Position numbers and translations under genes: made by a program. From Mobula hypostoma (lineage: Eukaryota), in assembly GCF_963921235.1 (NCBI RefSeq), contig NC_086097.1, forward strand, positions 76,758,001-76,822,000: a DNA stretch of 64,000 bases, read 5' to 3'. How positions within the stretch are numbered: position 1 is the first letter of the stretch; every line of letters starts with the position of its first letter. This document shows, piece after piece, positions 53,326 through 64,000 of the stretch. The notes beneath the pieces were generated by a model. That model made no database searches. It was not told the DNA's origin and worked only from the letters and a program-made list of their open reading frames with translations.

Positions 53326-55688
53326 GTATGCTCTATAGTTTGACAGCTTCATGCAATATATTATGATTATGTTCTTTAATGAAATAAATGATCTGTGATA
53401 ACTTATAGCCTTATCTGCTGTATATGCTGGAAGGTAGAATCTTTAAAACAGAAAATATAAATCCTAAGAAACAGAAGATTTTTCTTTATACTTAAAAAGC
53501 AATGAAAGTGAATTGTACTGTGTTTAAGAAATATTAGATAGCATTGTTTTGGAGCTTTCAGCATCAAAATTGCCTTCCCTGGAGTGGCAATGTGACCGGT
53601 CCCCACCCATTTAAATTTGCTATTTTATTTGACCATGTATTCATCAATTTCTCTGGTCACTGACTGTCTGCTGAGGGAAATTCCCCTTTTTTTCTCTATT
53701 CCCTGTTGATCTCTTACAATTTTTATGCAACAATTTAACCACCCTTCAGCCAAAAATAAAAGCAATCTATCCCTTACCTGGACGTTCTTTCCTCATGGAT
53801 ACAGTTCTCTTCTCTCTGGTACAATCACATCATCAGTTGAGTAGAATTTTATGTAGGACTTCATCCTTGGTCAAACCTGTGCTTTACGTTCTGACATCAA
53901 CCTTCCTGCTGCTGTATTCTGTTCCTCAGCTATTAAAATCAAGTTTCTTGTGTGTTTATAACCACTTTACTTCTTTGTTCTACAGCCTTCAGTGGTCTGT
54001 GCTGCTTGCCCTTTGTTCCTTCATTCAACAACATCCCAGAAGTTTGTGCATCTTGTCCAACATCAAATGGATTCACAGATTCAAAGAATAATCATGGAAT
54101 AGTCAATTCAACCTGTCCATATGCACCAAGATGTCCATTTAAACTAAACCCATTTGTCTGCATTTGATCAATATCCATCCCCATCTAAACCTTGCCCATC
54201 CATCTACCTATCCCAGTGTCTTTTAAACATTGTAATTATATCTGCCTCTTCCACCTCCTCTGACAGCTCATTCCAAATATCCATACCTTCTTTCTGTGTG
54301 GAAAAACTTCCCCCTCAAATACCCATTCAGTCTTTCCCCTCACAGCTTAAACCTGTACTTTCTAGTTTTAGATTCTCCTTTCCTCAGAAAAGGATTATGA
54401 CTTTCTACCCTAACTATGCCCTAATTTTAGAAACCTCTATAACGTCCTCAGCCTTCTTTGCTCCAAGGAAAACAGCCCCAGCCTGTTCAATGTCTCCATG
54501 TAACTCAAGCCCTCCACTCTAGGCAATACCATTGTGAATTGTTTTCTGCACCATTTCCGGCTTAATCCCATCCTTCCTATAATGCAATGACTAGAAGTGT
54601 GCGTGCTACTCTGAGTGCAGTCTGACCAAAGTTTTGTAGAACATGCCAACTCTTACTCAATGCCATAACCCATGAAGGCAAGCATAACAACCCTATGTTC
54701 ATAACCCTATTTGTGTTACTATTTTGTTCAATCAGAATCTGTCACCTTGAAAATCTCCATTAGTCTGCATTCTTTCCTTAATTATCCATTTCCTTTGAAT
54801 GTATTTGTAAAACAGCTTCAGGCTTTCCTTAATTTTACTTTGCCAATTTTATTTACACACTTTCTTTGCTACTGAAATGTACTTTTCCTTTGCTGAATCA
54901 TTACTTGAATGTTTTTCTGCTTGTCAAATATTGTCTTTACAATTTCATTAGCTGTGAATAATAGGAGCAAGTACTTCCATTGTTTCCATCCCTTTCCAAT
55001 ATATCCCATTTGCTCCATTACTGGGACCTTCTCTTGAGCTAGGTATCATTTCTACTCATTTACCTACCTGGGAACAGATCATCAAGTGAAGCATAAAAGT
55101 TATCACTGTCATGCAAGTGAAGCCACAAACACTGAGTAACAATGTCACAATCTACATGGTATGTCCCTTAAAGCCATAGCAGCTCCCCAAACCTCAGGAA
55201 GCAATTGTGATAACTACACCAAAGAAATTCACCAAAACTGGAATGTTTTATTTACTTATTTGAGATACAATACAGAATATGCCCTTCTGGCCCAACCATC
55301 AACCTGACTTATACGCTGGATAATTTACAATGACTAGTTCACCGACTGGTAGGTCTTTGGACTGTGGGAGGAAACAAAAACTCCTGAAGAAAACCAAAGA
55401 AGCACCATGCGTTCCACAGGGAGGCTGTACAGACTCCTTACAGATGTCGTCAGAACTGAACTCTGAACATTACATAGCATTAACCAATGAGCTAACATCT
55501 GGTGACTGCAATTCCATATTGTGCAACATTAATAGTGAATAAGAATTGTAACAACCCATGAGCTATGTATGATGTATTCAAGGGTATTCATCTTTGAAAT
55601 TCCAATGATTCCTGAGGCAAAAAAAATTAAAATAACTGAGAGATCATTCTTTTGTATCAACTTCATCCCAGCCTTTTCTACTGAAATA

Positions 55689-56206
55689 CCTTCAGTGGAA
55701 CTTTATTAGGTACGGGAGGTACCTAATAGGTGGCCACTTCGTGTATGTTCATGGTCTTCTGCTGCTGTAGCCCATCCACTTCAAGTTTTGATGTGTTGTA
55801 CATTGAGAGATACTCTTCTGCACACCACTGTTGTAACACGTAGTTATTTGTGTTACTGTCGCCTTCCTGTCAGCTTGAACCGGTCTGGCCATTCTCCTCT
55901 GACCTCTCTCAATAACAAGGCATTTTTGCTCACAGAACTGCCCTTCTTCTCACACCATTCTCTGTAAACTCTATGGACTGGTGTGTGTGAAAATCCCAGG
56001 ATATGAGCAGTTTCTGAGATGCTCAAACCAGCCCATCTGGCATCAACAATCTGTCCAGTCAAGTCACATTTCTTCCCCCATTTGGTCTGAACAGTGATTG
56101 ACCATCTTGACCATGTCTGCATGCTTTTATGCATTGAGTTGCTGCCACAACTGATTAGATATTTGCATTAATGATTAGGTGCATCTAATAAAGTTTCCAC
56201 TGAGTT
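55689..56206 (-). mobile_element. Tc1-family transposon derivative
   Basis: TIR tcagtggaactttattag / ctaataaagtttccactga, TA flanks; HTH remnant GQIVDARWAGLSISETAHILGFSHTPVHRVYREW. Confidence 0.8.
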
Positions 56207-56323
56207 TAATTGCATGAAAAGTGGCAGTTGCTTAGAGCTCTGTTACTTGACGTGCCTGCTTGCTGGATGATCTTTGTTTTGACTAAGTGCTAATTTTGCT
56301 TGGCTTGTTTGTTTCCTTTGCAG

Positions 56324-56489
56324 TGTCAAGCGCAGCAATTGTTATATGGTTTGGGGAGGAGATCTTCTCAGCAGCTCAAAGGGATCAAGCAGTAGCAGTG
56401 CTGACTTAGTAGTTGGTTGCTTGGTTGATCTCGCAAGCGGCTGGTTAACCTTCACAGCAAATGGAAAGGATCTTAGTATCCGTTACCAG
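56324..56489 (+). CDS. RYR3: RYR exon 16 in window (166 bp; SPRY3)
   Basis: tgcag|T...CAG|gtaaat; VKRSNCYMVWGGD...GCLVDLASGWLTFTANGKDLSIRYQ. Confidence 0.95.
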
Positions 56490-57437
56490 GTAAATGACTT
56501 GTCCAATGCTGTTTTGGGTATGTTGGTTAGCTTACAAAGCTGCAAATGTGTACAGATCTCTATATTCTGCAAACTAAATATATCATACTTAAAGTTTTCT
56601 AAATGTATTTAGGCTTATTAAATTTAATCCCCATAGAAAAAATTATAGGTTGGCATTTAAGAGCAAGAAAGTTTTACTTTGCTCATTTGCATTTAAGCAT
56701 ATGAACATTCTGGCCACGTCAGCTTCATCTCTCTCTCCTAATAGGAGAGCCTGTTGAGAAGTAATGTCAATTTTAAATGCAATTTTAAAAATTGAAATGC
56801 ACAATACTATATATATATATTCAGAAATACTGAACAGCTACAACACTCGAAGAGACCATGCAATCCACTGAGTCCCTGTGGTCCACATTACCTGTGGTCC
56901 TGCAGAGTATTCTCCTGCAATTCTATCCAATTCCCTTACAGAAGTTCAGTTTTTGCTCCCACTACTTAGGCAGAATGGGAGTATCAGGGCTGCATGGTTG
57001 GTGCTTGGTTCTGTTAAAATAACCTGTATCATAATAAAGGTTAAGAGGAAAGCCAAAGGTGTGAATGCCCATAATCACATTAATGCTGTCTATGAAGCAC
57101 AAACCAGACGGTTGAAAAGCTGTTGCTAATTCTGTCCAAATTAATCCTGCTGTAACTCCTTGGTGCACTTCATCCAGTCAGTTTGAGGGTCTAATTATAT
57201 TTCGATAGCCAGGCTGATTAACTATAATCAATCTGAAATGGAACTGGGCTGAGATTATCAAATTACTTTTCACTCCCTAAATTCCACAACTATTTGGTAA
57301 AAGACATTTGCTTACCCTGGGACAGATGAGATATCAGTCAAATGCCCTTGTTGTTTATTTTGAGGATTTCTTTTTGTAAGACCTGAGTGTTAAGAATTCC
57401 AAATAAAACTTTTAAATTGGATGTTTTTGTTTCCTAG

Positions 57438-57524
57438 GTTGAGCCAGGCACAAAGTTGTTTCCTGCTGTTTTCATGCAAGCCACAAGCCCAAATCTATTC
57501 CAGTTTGAACTTGGAAAATTGAAG
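57438..57524 (+). CDS. RYR3: RYR exon 17 in window (87 bp)
   Basis: cctag|GTT...AAG|gtgggt; VEPGTKLFPAVFMQATSPNLFQFELGKLK. Confidence 0.95.
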
Positions 57525-58409
57525 GTGGGTGTTGTAATGTCAATTATTCTGCTTTATAAATAGGTTGTGAAAGATTGGCTGTTGCAATGCATATTGGAAG
57601 GAAAATCCTGAGAATGTTGGTATGGTAAAGTGACTGTTGGAACAATCACTGCCTTCAGCTCAGGGACAGTGCAGTGCCTACCCTTAAACTACAGAGCTCT
57701 GTACTGCTTCTCAATTCAACAGAGAAGTAATGTTGGGCCTACTTTTATTGAATGCATCCCGCTGGGTTTCAAAGGTTCAAAGTGCATTTCTTGTCAAGGT
57801 ATGTATGCAGAATACCACTGGCTGAAGTGGTGTACAGTGAAAGTATACTTTGCCAGAGAGATATGCAAGTGCAAGTGCAGATTTGGCTGTATCGCCTTTC
57901 TTTGGCAAGTTCCAGTACATCTAACTTCGACAATGATTAAAAGCAGCTTCATTTTGGGCTTGGGAGGCATTTTACACAAATGCACCATCTGTTCCAAAGT
58001 GTTCTACAGTGAAACCCCCACCATAGGGCCAGGATGCTTTGTAATTTACCAGATACATACTGAGCACTTTTGTAAAGAGTCGCTATGTTCACCTTCTCCT
58101 GGGATACCGAGGAAGCCATGATGTCATGTTACAGATTCCCTGAGATGTTGGAAATCCCAAAGCATCAGGGGGCCCTAATAGCAGCCACACAGCTTCTGGA
58201 AGTTCTTGTGGCATAACTGCTTCTCTTCCCTTGCATCGTCTAACTCATCCAGTGGATCCTACTTAAAGACTTCGCTTCTATATATGTATTTGCACTTTTG
58301 CTTGCTCACAATGAAAGTGGCTTCTTCAGGCCAGCTAGTTAGCAACCATACATTGTAAAGAGAGGAACTTTTGTTGGAATGACAGATCCAAGAACTAACT
58401 CTAAAAGAG

Positions 58410-58962
58410 TCAAGCAACACACATAAAAAATGCTGGCGAACGCAGCAGGCCAGGCAGCATCTCTAGGAAGAGGTACAGTCGACGTTTCAGGCTGAGACCC
58501 TTTGTCAGGACTAACTGAAGGAAGAGCTAGTAAGAGACTTGAAAGTGGGAGGGGAAGGGGGAGATCCAAAATGATAGGAGAAGACAGGAGGGGGAGGGAT
58601 GGAGCCAAGAGCTGGACAGTTGATTGGCAAAAGGGATATGAGAGGATCATGGGACAGGAGGCCTAGGGAGAAGGAAAGGGAGAGAGGAGCCCAGAGGATG
58701 GGCAAGGAGTATAGTGAGAGGGACAGAGGGAGAAAAAAAAGAGAGAGAAATAAATAAATACATACATACATACATAAATACATACATACATACATACATA
58801 AATAAGGGATGGGGTACGAAGGGGAGGTGGGGCATTAGCGGAATTTAGAGAAGACAAAATATGAGGTGTTGTTCCTCCAACCTGAGTGTGGCTTCATCTT
58901 GACAGTAGAGGAGGCCGTGGATAGACATATCAGAATGGGAATGGGACGTGGAATTAAAATCG
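58410..58962 (-). mobile_element. Young Penelope-like pseudo-LTR with (TACA)n microsatellite (58758-58800)
   Basis: Near-identical to 24787-25004 and complementary to 25320-25721. Confidence 0.8.
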
Positions 58963-59149
58963 TACATCTGAAAGAGTCATATGTGATAATGTTTCATGTC
59001 TTATCAAGCACACGAAGTAGTATTTCGTGTTTTGAGTTCACAGAATGCATGAATGACAACACAATTACATATCATGAAGATCCTTAAGTTTTGACTATCG
59101 ATTACATGGTTATGTTCATACATTGATTTATTGTGAGAGGCCTATTCAT

Positions 59150-59580
59150 ACTTCAGTATCAGAGTCAATTCAGAGTCACTGACTTAAGTCATGACATTTG
59201 TCATTTTGGCAAAGTGTAAGCATAACAAGCTATTATAAATAAATAAATAATGCAGCAGAGGAATAGTGAGGGAGCATTCATGTACCATTCAGAAATCTGA
59301 TAGCAGAGGGGAAGACATTGGTCCGAAAATGTAGAGTGGGTTTCAGGCCTGATGGGAGTAATGAGAAGATGGCATGTCTCTCAGATAGTGAGGGTCCTTC
59401 CTGATGGATGCTGCCTTCTTGGGGCACTGGGTTTTGAAAACGTGGTCAATGGTGGGGAAGCTCGTACCCATGATGGTGCTGGCTGAGTACACAGCCCTCT
59501 GAAGCCCCCTTATGATCCTGTGCATTGGCATCTCCATACCAGGCAGTGATGCAACCAGTCAGAATGCTCCCCACAGTATT
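59150..59580 (-). mobile_element. Rex1/Babar LINE 3' fragment
   Basis: LQRAVYSASTIMGTSFPTI...KKAASIRKDPH. Confidence 0.7.
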
Positions 59581-60644
59581 TTCTAAATGCTTCCCACTAT
59601 ACTTTGTCACCAGATCGTTTGATGACGCTCTTGAGACAGGCAGTGGTTACTTGGTGAAATACTGTAAGTGCAGAACAAAGTCTGACCAAAGCCTGGTAAA
59701 AGTTTGGGTAATTCTGATTTATTTATGTGAGGTGGTCAAATTTATTTAAAATCCTGATGGTTCAGCATCTGGCTCACTTGTTAACCTAAAACATGCAATT
59801 GGAGATTTCCAAATTTTAGGAATACCAACTCTTCAACACGTGCCCAATTATCTGACAGCTGGAGCTGGAAGGTGTTTATTTGTTCAGTGTCAGACTACTG
59901 TTAAACTGATAATCCAGCATCCGACAGAAAGAGATTTCCAGTATCTGGCTCACTCATTCGTCCAGATTGTGAACAGAGGGTCTAAGTGTGTGAACTGGGT
60001 GTGCTGCTGGAGTGCAGCCAGAATTCAGGTCTGAACTGTGAGCTTGCTGTGCATCCTGAATCTGAGTTTGCAGTCTGGAATATCAGAATTCAGGTATGTC
60101 GATCGGTTTGCAGCCAGAGCCAGGGTCCAGAGTACATGTATATTTCCTGCTCTCTTTAAACTTACTGGGCTCACTGGAAAATTATTAGACTCTTGTTTAA
60201 CATATTATAACTGGAATAGGATCAAATAGTTTGAAACCTCTCCTAATCCATCCCCAGCCAAGTCCCAAAGATGTTTTAGTATCAGAATTTTACTGTTTTA
60301 TGAATCTTGCTAGTCCAAGTGAATCATATGCTGAGGTCCTTTTGGTGACTTAAAAATGTCTTGATTAGGAGAGAGACAAACACACTATTAACTTAAAAGC
60401 TGCGTGACCATGGTGTTTAAGAGACTTTTATAATTAGCACAAGAACTTCAGCTTAGAAATATACCAATTGTAATTAACATGTAAACATTTTAAATGTTGG
60501 AAGGTTTATTTAGAAATGTTCTGTTTCTGGGGCTAGTTCATTCTCCTACTTTTTACTTATGAAATGAAAATTAAATAATGGTGGCAGTTTAATTCCATTC
60601 GTATTGCTGTACATTAACAAAACCATTAATATCTTTTGCTAAAG

Positions 60645-60871
60645 AATGCAATGCCTCTGTCTGCGGCTATATTTAAAAGTGAAGAGAAGAATCCCATTCC
60701 ACAGTGCCCTCCTCGACTTGACATACAGATGATCACTCCTGTTCTGTGGAGCAGAATGCCCATTGATTTTCTCACTGTGGAGACAGCAAGGATTAGTGAT
60801 CACCATGGTTGGGTTGTGCAGTGTCTTCAACCGTTGCAGATGATGGTATTGCATATTCCAGAGGAGAATCG
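60645..60871 (+). CDS. RYR3: RYR exon 18 in window (227 bp)
   Basis: ttttgctaaag|AAT...AATCG|gtaggt; [28 protein letters not shown]...LHIPEEN(R). Confidence 0.95.
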
Positions 60872-61103
60872 GTAGGTATACTTTAAACTGTTAAAGTCCC
60901 ATCATACGTGCAGTGCAAATCACAGCTTATTTACATTAACCATTTGTTAGTACCTTGGGAAAGAAGTGCAAAATATTCTATTTGAATACTATTAAGCATT
61001 CTTACATACAGCTCAATTCCTACTGATTCAAAGATACCTTCTTTAAACAGCTACATCCGTTCAACATTCATTTTGCAATAGAAACAAGACAGCACAAATA
61101 TAA

Positions 61104-61263
61104 CCCAACACACACAAAATGCTGGTGGAATGCAGCAGGCCAGGCAGCGTCTATAGGAAGAAGTACAGTCGATGTCTCGGGTTGAGCCTGGCCTGCTGCA
61201 TTCCACCAGCATTTTGTGTGTGTTGCTTGAATTTCCAGCATCTGCAGATTTTCTCGTGTTTGC
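61104..61263. mobile_element. Short PLE terminal insertion with 5' inversion
   Basis: Perfect 40-bp inverted repeat; TSD gcacaaatataa (61092-61103 / 61262-61273). Confidence 0.8.
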
Positions 61264-61802
61264 ACAAATATAATCCATTCACTTAATCTCTCTAATCTAA
61301 TCTCTCTGAAATTCATCAGCTGATTGAAACTGCCCAAAGATCCTATTTTTTTTACTGTCCCATATTTGTTCACAATTAACTGTTTATCTTGGCTATTCAC
61401 ACTATTAACAGCAATCAGAGGCAGTCGGTAATCAATTTGATACACTTTTAATATGATATCAGGAGGTCCACGGCTGCAACATCTTGGTTTGTTCAGATCA
61501 ATAAGGGAGTTATTTCTTAAAGTGGGCAAGTAGTTCTGTAGGGAGGGACTTCTGGATCTTTGTGCTGTGCACAATGGTTTTGACAGTGTTCACCAGCATC
61601 TTCTTTAAACCAAGATGAGAGCTGTAATAGTGTTTTCAGTTTGCTGCATCTTAACGTCCAATTGGATGCAATTTTTCAAAAATGCCACCTTTAAGTATAT
61701 TTTGCTAAAAACACAATACATTTAACGCTGCACTCACTGATAAATTGAGAAATAGTTAAATATCCAAAGGTATTTCATGAAAAGGGTTTTAGATTTGGTC
61801 AA

Positions 61803-61891
61803 TAATTATAAGATGTTTATAAAAACATCTTATAATTAAAAACATTTTATAAAGTGCAATTGAATTAAAAACATTTTATAAAGTGCAATTG
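61803..61891. repeat. 16-bp perfect inverted repeat overlapping a perfect 2x29-bp tandem duplication
   Basis: taattataagatgttt-ataa-aaacatcttataatta; aattaaaaacattttataaagtgcaattg x2. Confidence 0.9.
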
Positions 61892-62513
61892 AGCTGTGAT
61901 TAGAAATGACTATTTTCAGAATTTGACATATAACATAACTGATTTATTTGTGGTCACAGTCTTATTTGCTAGTTACAGACAATGAATTGATAAGAGATGT
62001 TCATTGAATTGATTAAATAATATAGTTACTAATTTGAAGCATTCAAATGAGCTGTTTTGCAAGGAAATTCTTCTATTTTAATTGTTGAATATTTGGGTAA
62101 TTTTCACATTTCATTACCTTTGTGCACTAGACGTCAAAGTGAAAATTAGTAAACTTTACAAAATTAAACTTTACTAAACATTGCATTGTTTAAATTCCAG
62201 TGACTTGGGTAATTCCTTGCTAATTTAATTAATATGATACACAGAGACCCCATAATACCTAGATTTTCATTTAATCCTCAATAGAAGAAGAAGGCCCAAA
62301 ATCACATGTATGTAGGTTTATCCATCTGTAATATAATGTTATAATTATGTATGTTTAGATGTCGTGATTATCTATTGATTTGTAAACTAGGAAAGTCCTT
62401 TACAACCATCTGGAATATTGCACTATTGTCATATTTCTTTAACTCTCATTATTGCCATGCATTTTAGTTTTGCCTGATGAGCCATAATGAGGTATATTTA
62501 TCATATTTTTCAG

Positions 62514-63321
62514 GTCAATAGACATTCTTGAGCTAATTGAAAATCAAGACCTCATGAAGTTCCATTACCATACACTGAAACTGTACTGTGCCTTGTGTGC
62601 CGTGGGCAACAACCGCGTAGCCCATGCACTTTGTAGCCACATCGATCAATCTCAACTATTGTATACAATTGATAATAAATATCTGCCAGGGCTTCTACGC
62701 AGTGGATTCTATGACCTCTTCTTAAGTATGCACCTTGAATCAGCTAAAGAAGCTAGATTAATTATGAACAACGAATTCATTATTCCTGTAACTGATGAAA
62801 CCAGGAGTATAACACTGTTTCCAAAAAATAATCGGACTTATGGACTTCCCGGTGTTGGACTCAGCACCTGTTTGAGACCTCGATTAAACTTTTCATTGCC
62901 ATGTTTTGTTAGCACCAGTGACGATAGACGTCAATACAGCCCGAAGTTGCCATTTAATATTCTTAAGGTCAAAGCAATCGAAATGCTCACAGAGGCTGTA
63001 ACGGGTGGTGGACCACACATTCGAGACCCAGTGGGGGGAAGTGTGGAATTTCAGTTAGTTCCTATTCTCAAGCTGATTAAAACCATGCTGATCATAGGCA
63101 TATTTGATGATAATGATGTCCAAAAAATTCTGCTACTGATTGATTCTGACTTGTTTGGCGAACACCAAGAGGAGAGAGTGGATGAAGATAAAACAGAGAA
63201 AGAGATTGTCACTAAAAATGAAGAGAAGGCTATAGAGGCTGGAGAAGCAGTAACGCAAGTGACTCAACCCGCTTTCAAAGGACTGCTGGAGAAAAGTTTG
63301 CCAGAGTCTGTTAAACTTCAG
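62514..63321 (+). CDS. RYR3: RYR exon 19 in window (808 bp; handle/junctional solenoid with short acidic DR3)
   Basis: ttcag|G...CAG|gtacaa; SIDILEL...DNKYLPGLLRSGFYDL...HIRDPVGGSVEFQ...EEKAIEAGE...LPESVKLQ. No long poly-Glu tract, unlike RYR1. Confidence 0.95.
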
Positions 63322-64000
63322 GTACAATACACCAGTACAATTTCTGCACTGTGTGGCAAACTAATGCATATTTTGTGCTTATTTTTGTTTTAGAGGACCT
63401 GAAAGATTAATGGAAAGCTTAGGGAACAGTGCATTACCCAGGAAATTATAGTGTATGGAGGAACTTACTGTAGAAGTTTGCCCAGAAAATTTGTTTTACA
63501 AATGGAAGAGCTAAATGAACAGATTGAAAACAAATTAATGGCTGTGATCTGCAGCAGTAATGCCAACAGCAACTGTGAAAGTTAGGGAAACACCAATGTG
63601 TGAGGGACTTCCACACTACTCATTCAGGCATCTGCTGGAAGCCTAAAGGTTTGCACATCTGGTCTTGGCACTCCTAATTTTGACTCCTTGTGATCTTCCT
63701 GTCAAGTCCAAAGCCAGAGTGCCCCTTTCTACAACATGCCCTGCATATTTGCTGGGAAATCCTTCAGTGTCACGTATGCACTTGTAGGAGGCTGGAAATT
63801 CAGAGGGTCACCTGATTGGAAAAGTTTCCACATAAAGGGTTAGGAAAACGAATAGTTGTGAGCAGAGAGCAGAATTTGAGAGGCTACACCAGCTAGACAC
63901 TAAGGCAGCCAAAGAAGCAGGCAAAATCTAAATAAAGCTCTGAAGATGTTTGGTATGCATAGTGTCTATTAGCTGGACCTAATTACTGCTGGAAGAGCAA

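Noticed and set aside
59940..60135. Loosely repetitive tgcagccaga / cagaattcaggt tract
   Set aside because: No consistent period or identifiable family.
1..64000. Most short ORFs in the track, and any prokaryotic system (operons, CRISPR)
   Set aside because: They are chance frames or TE remnants in introns. No regularly spaced repeat-spacer array was seen.

Overview
Eukaryotic (vertebrate) genomic DNA, not prokaryotic. The whole window lies inside one + strand ryanodine receptor gene, best matching RYR3. I traced 19 internal coding exons (1169-63321), all GT-AG. They join into one uninterrupted frame of 3711 nt / 1237 codons, running from the end of the N-terminal solenoid through SPRY1, Repeat12, SPRY2, SPRY3 (with a partly retained DR2 region) into the handle/junctional solenoid. 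Neither end of the gene is in the window. The introns are packed with decayed transposons: CR1 LINEs, Rex1/Babar LINEs, Penelope-like elements (PLE), V-SINE/HE1-like and other tRNA SINEs, RTE, a HERO-like RLE element, an I/Nimb-like ORF1, a solo LTR, and Tc1, mariner, Tigger and PIF/Harbinger DNA elements. This repeat mix suggests a cartilaginous fish, probably a ray (inference). Most notable: (1) a non-circularly permuted (pseudoknotted) hammerhead-ribozyme-like motif in the 3' UTR of the HERO-like element; (2) about ten minimal PLE hammerheads, two with intact cores, one of them on the RYR3 sense strand; (3) a 70-bp exon missed by the ORF track that keeps RYR1/RYR2-like DR2 sequence; (4) several long fold-backs near exons. 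Paralog and TE family calls come from recalled motifs, not database searches. TE boundaries are approximate unless a TSD or TIR is quoted.
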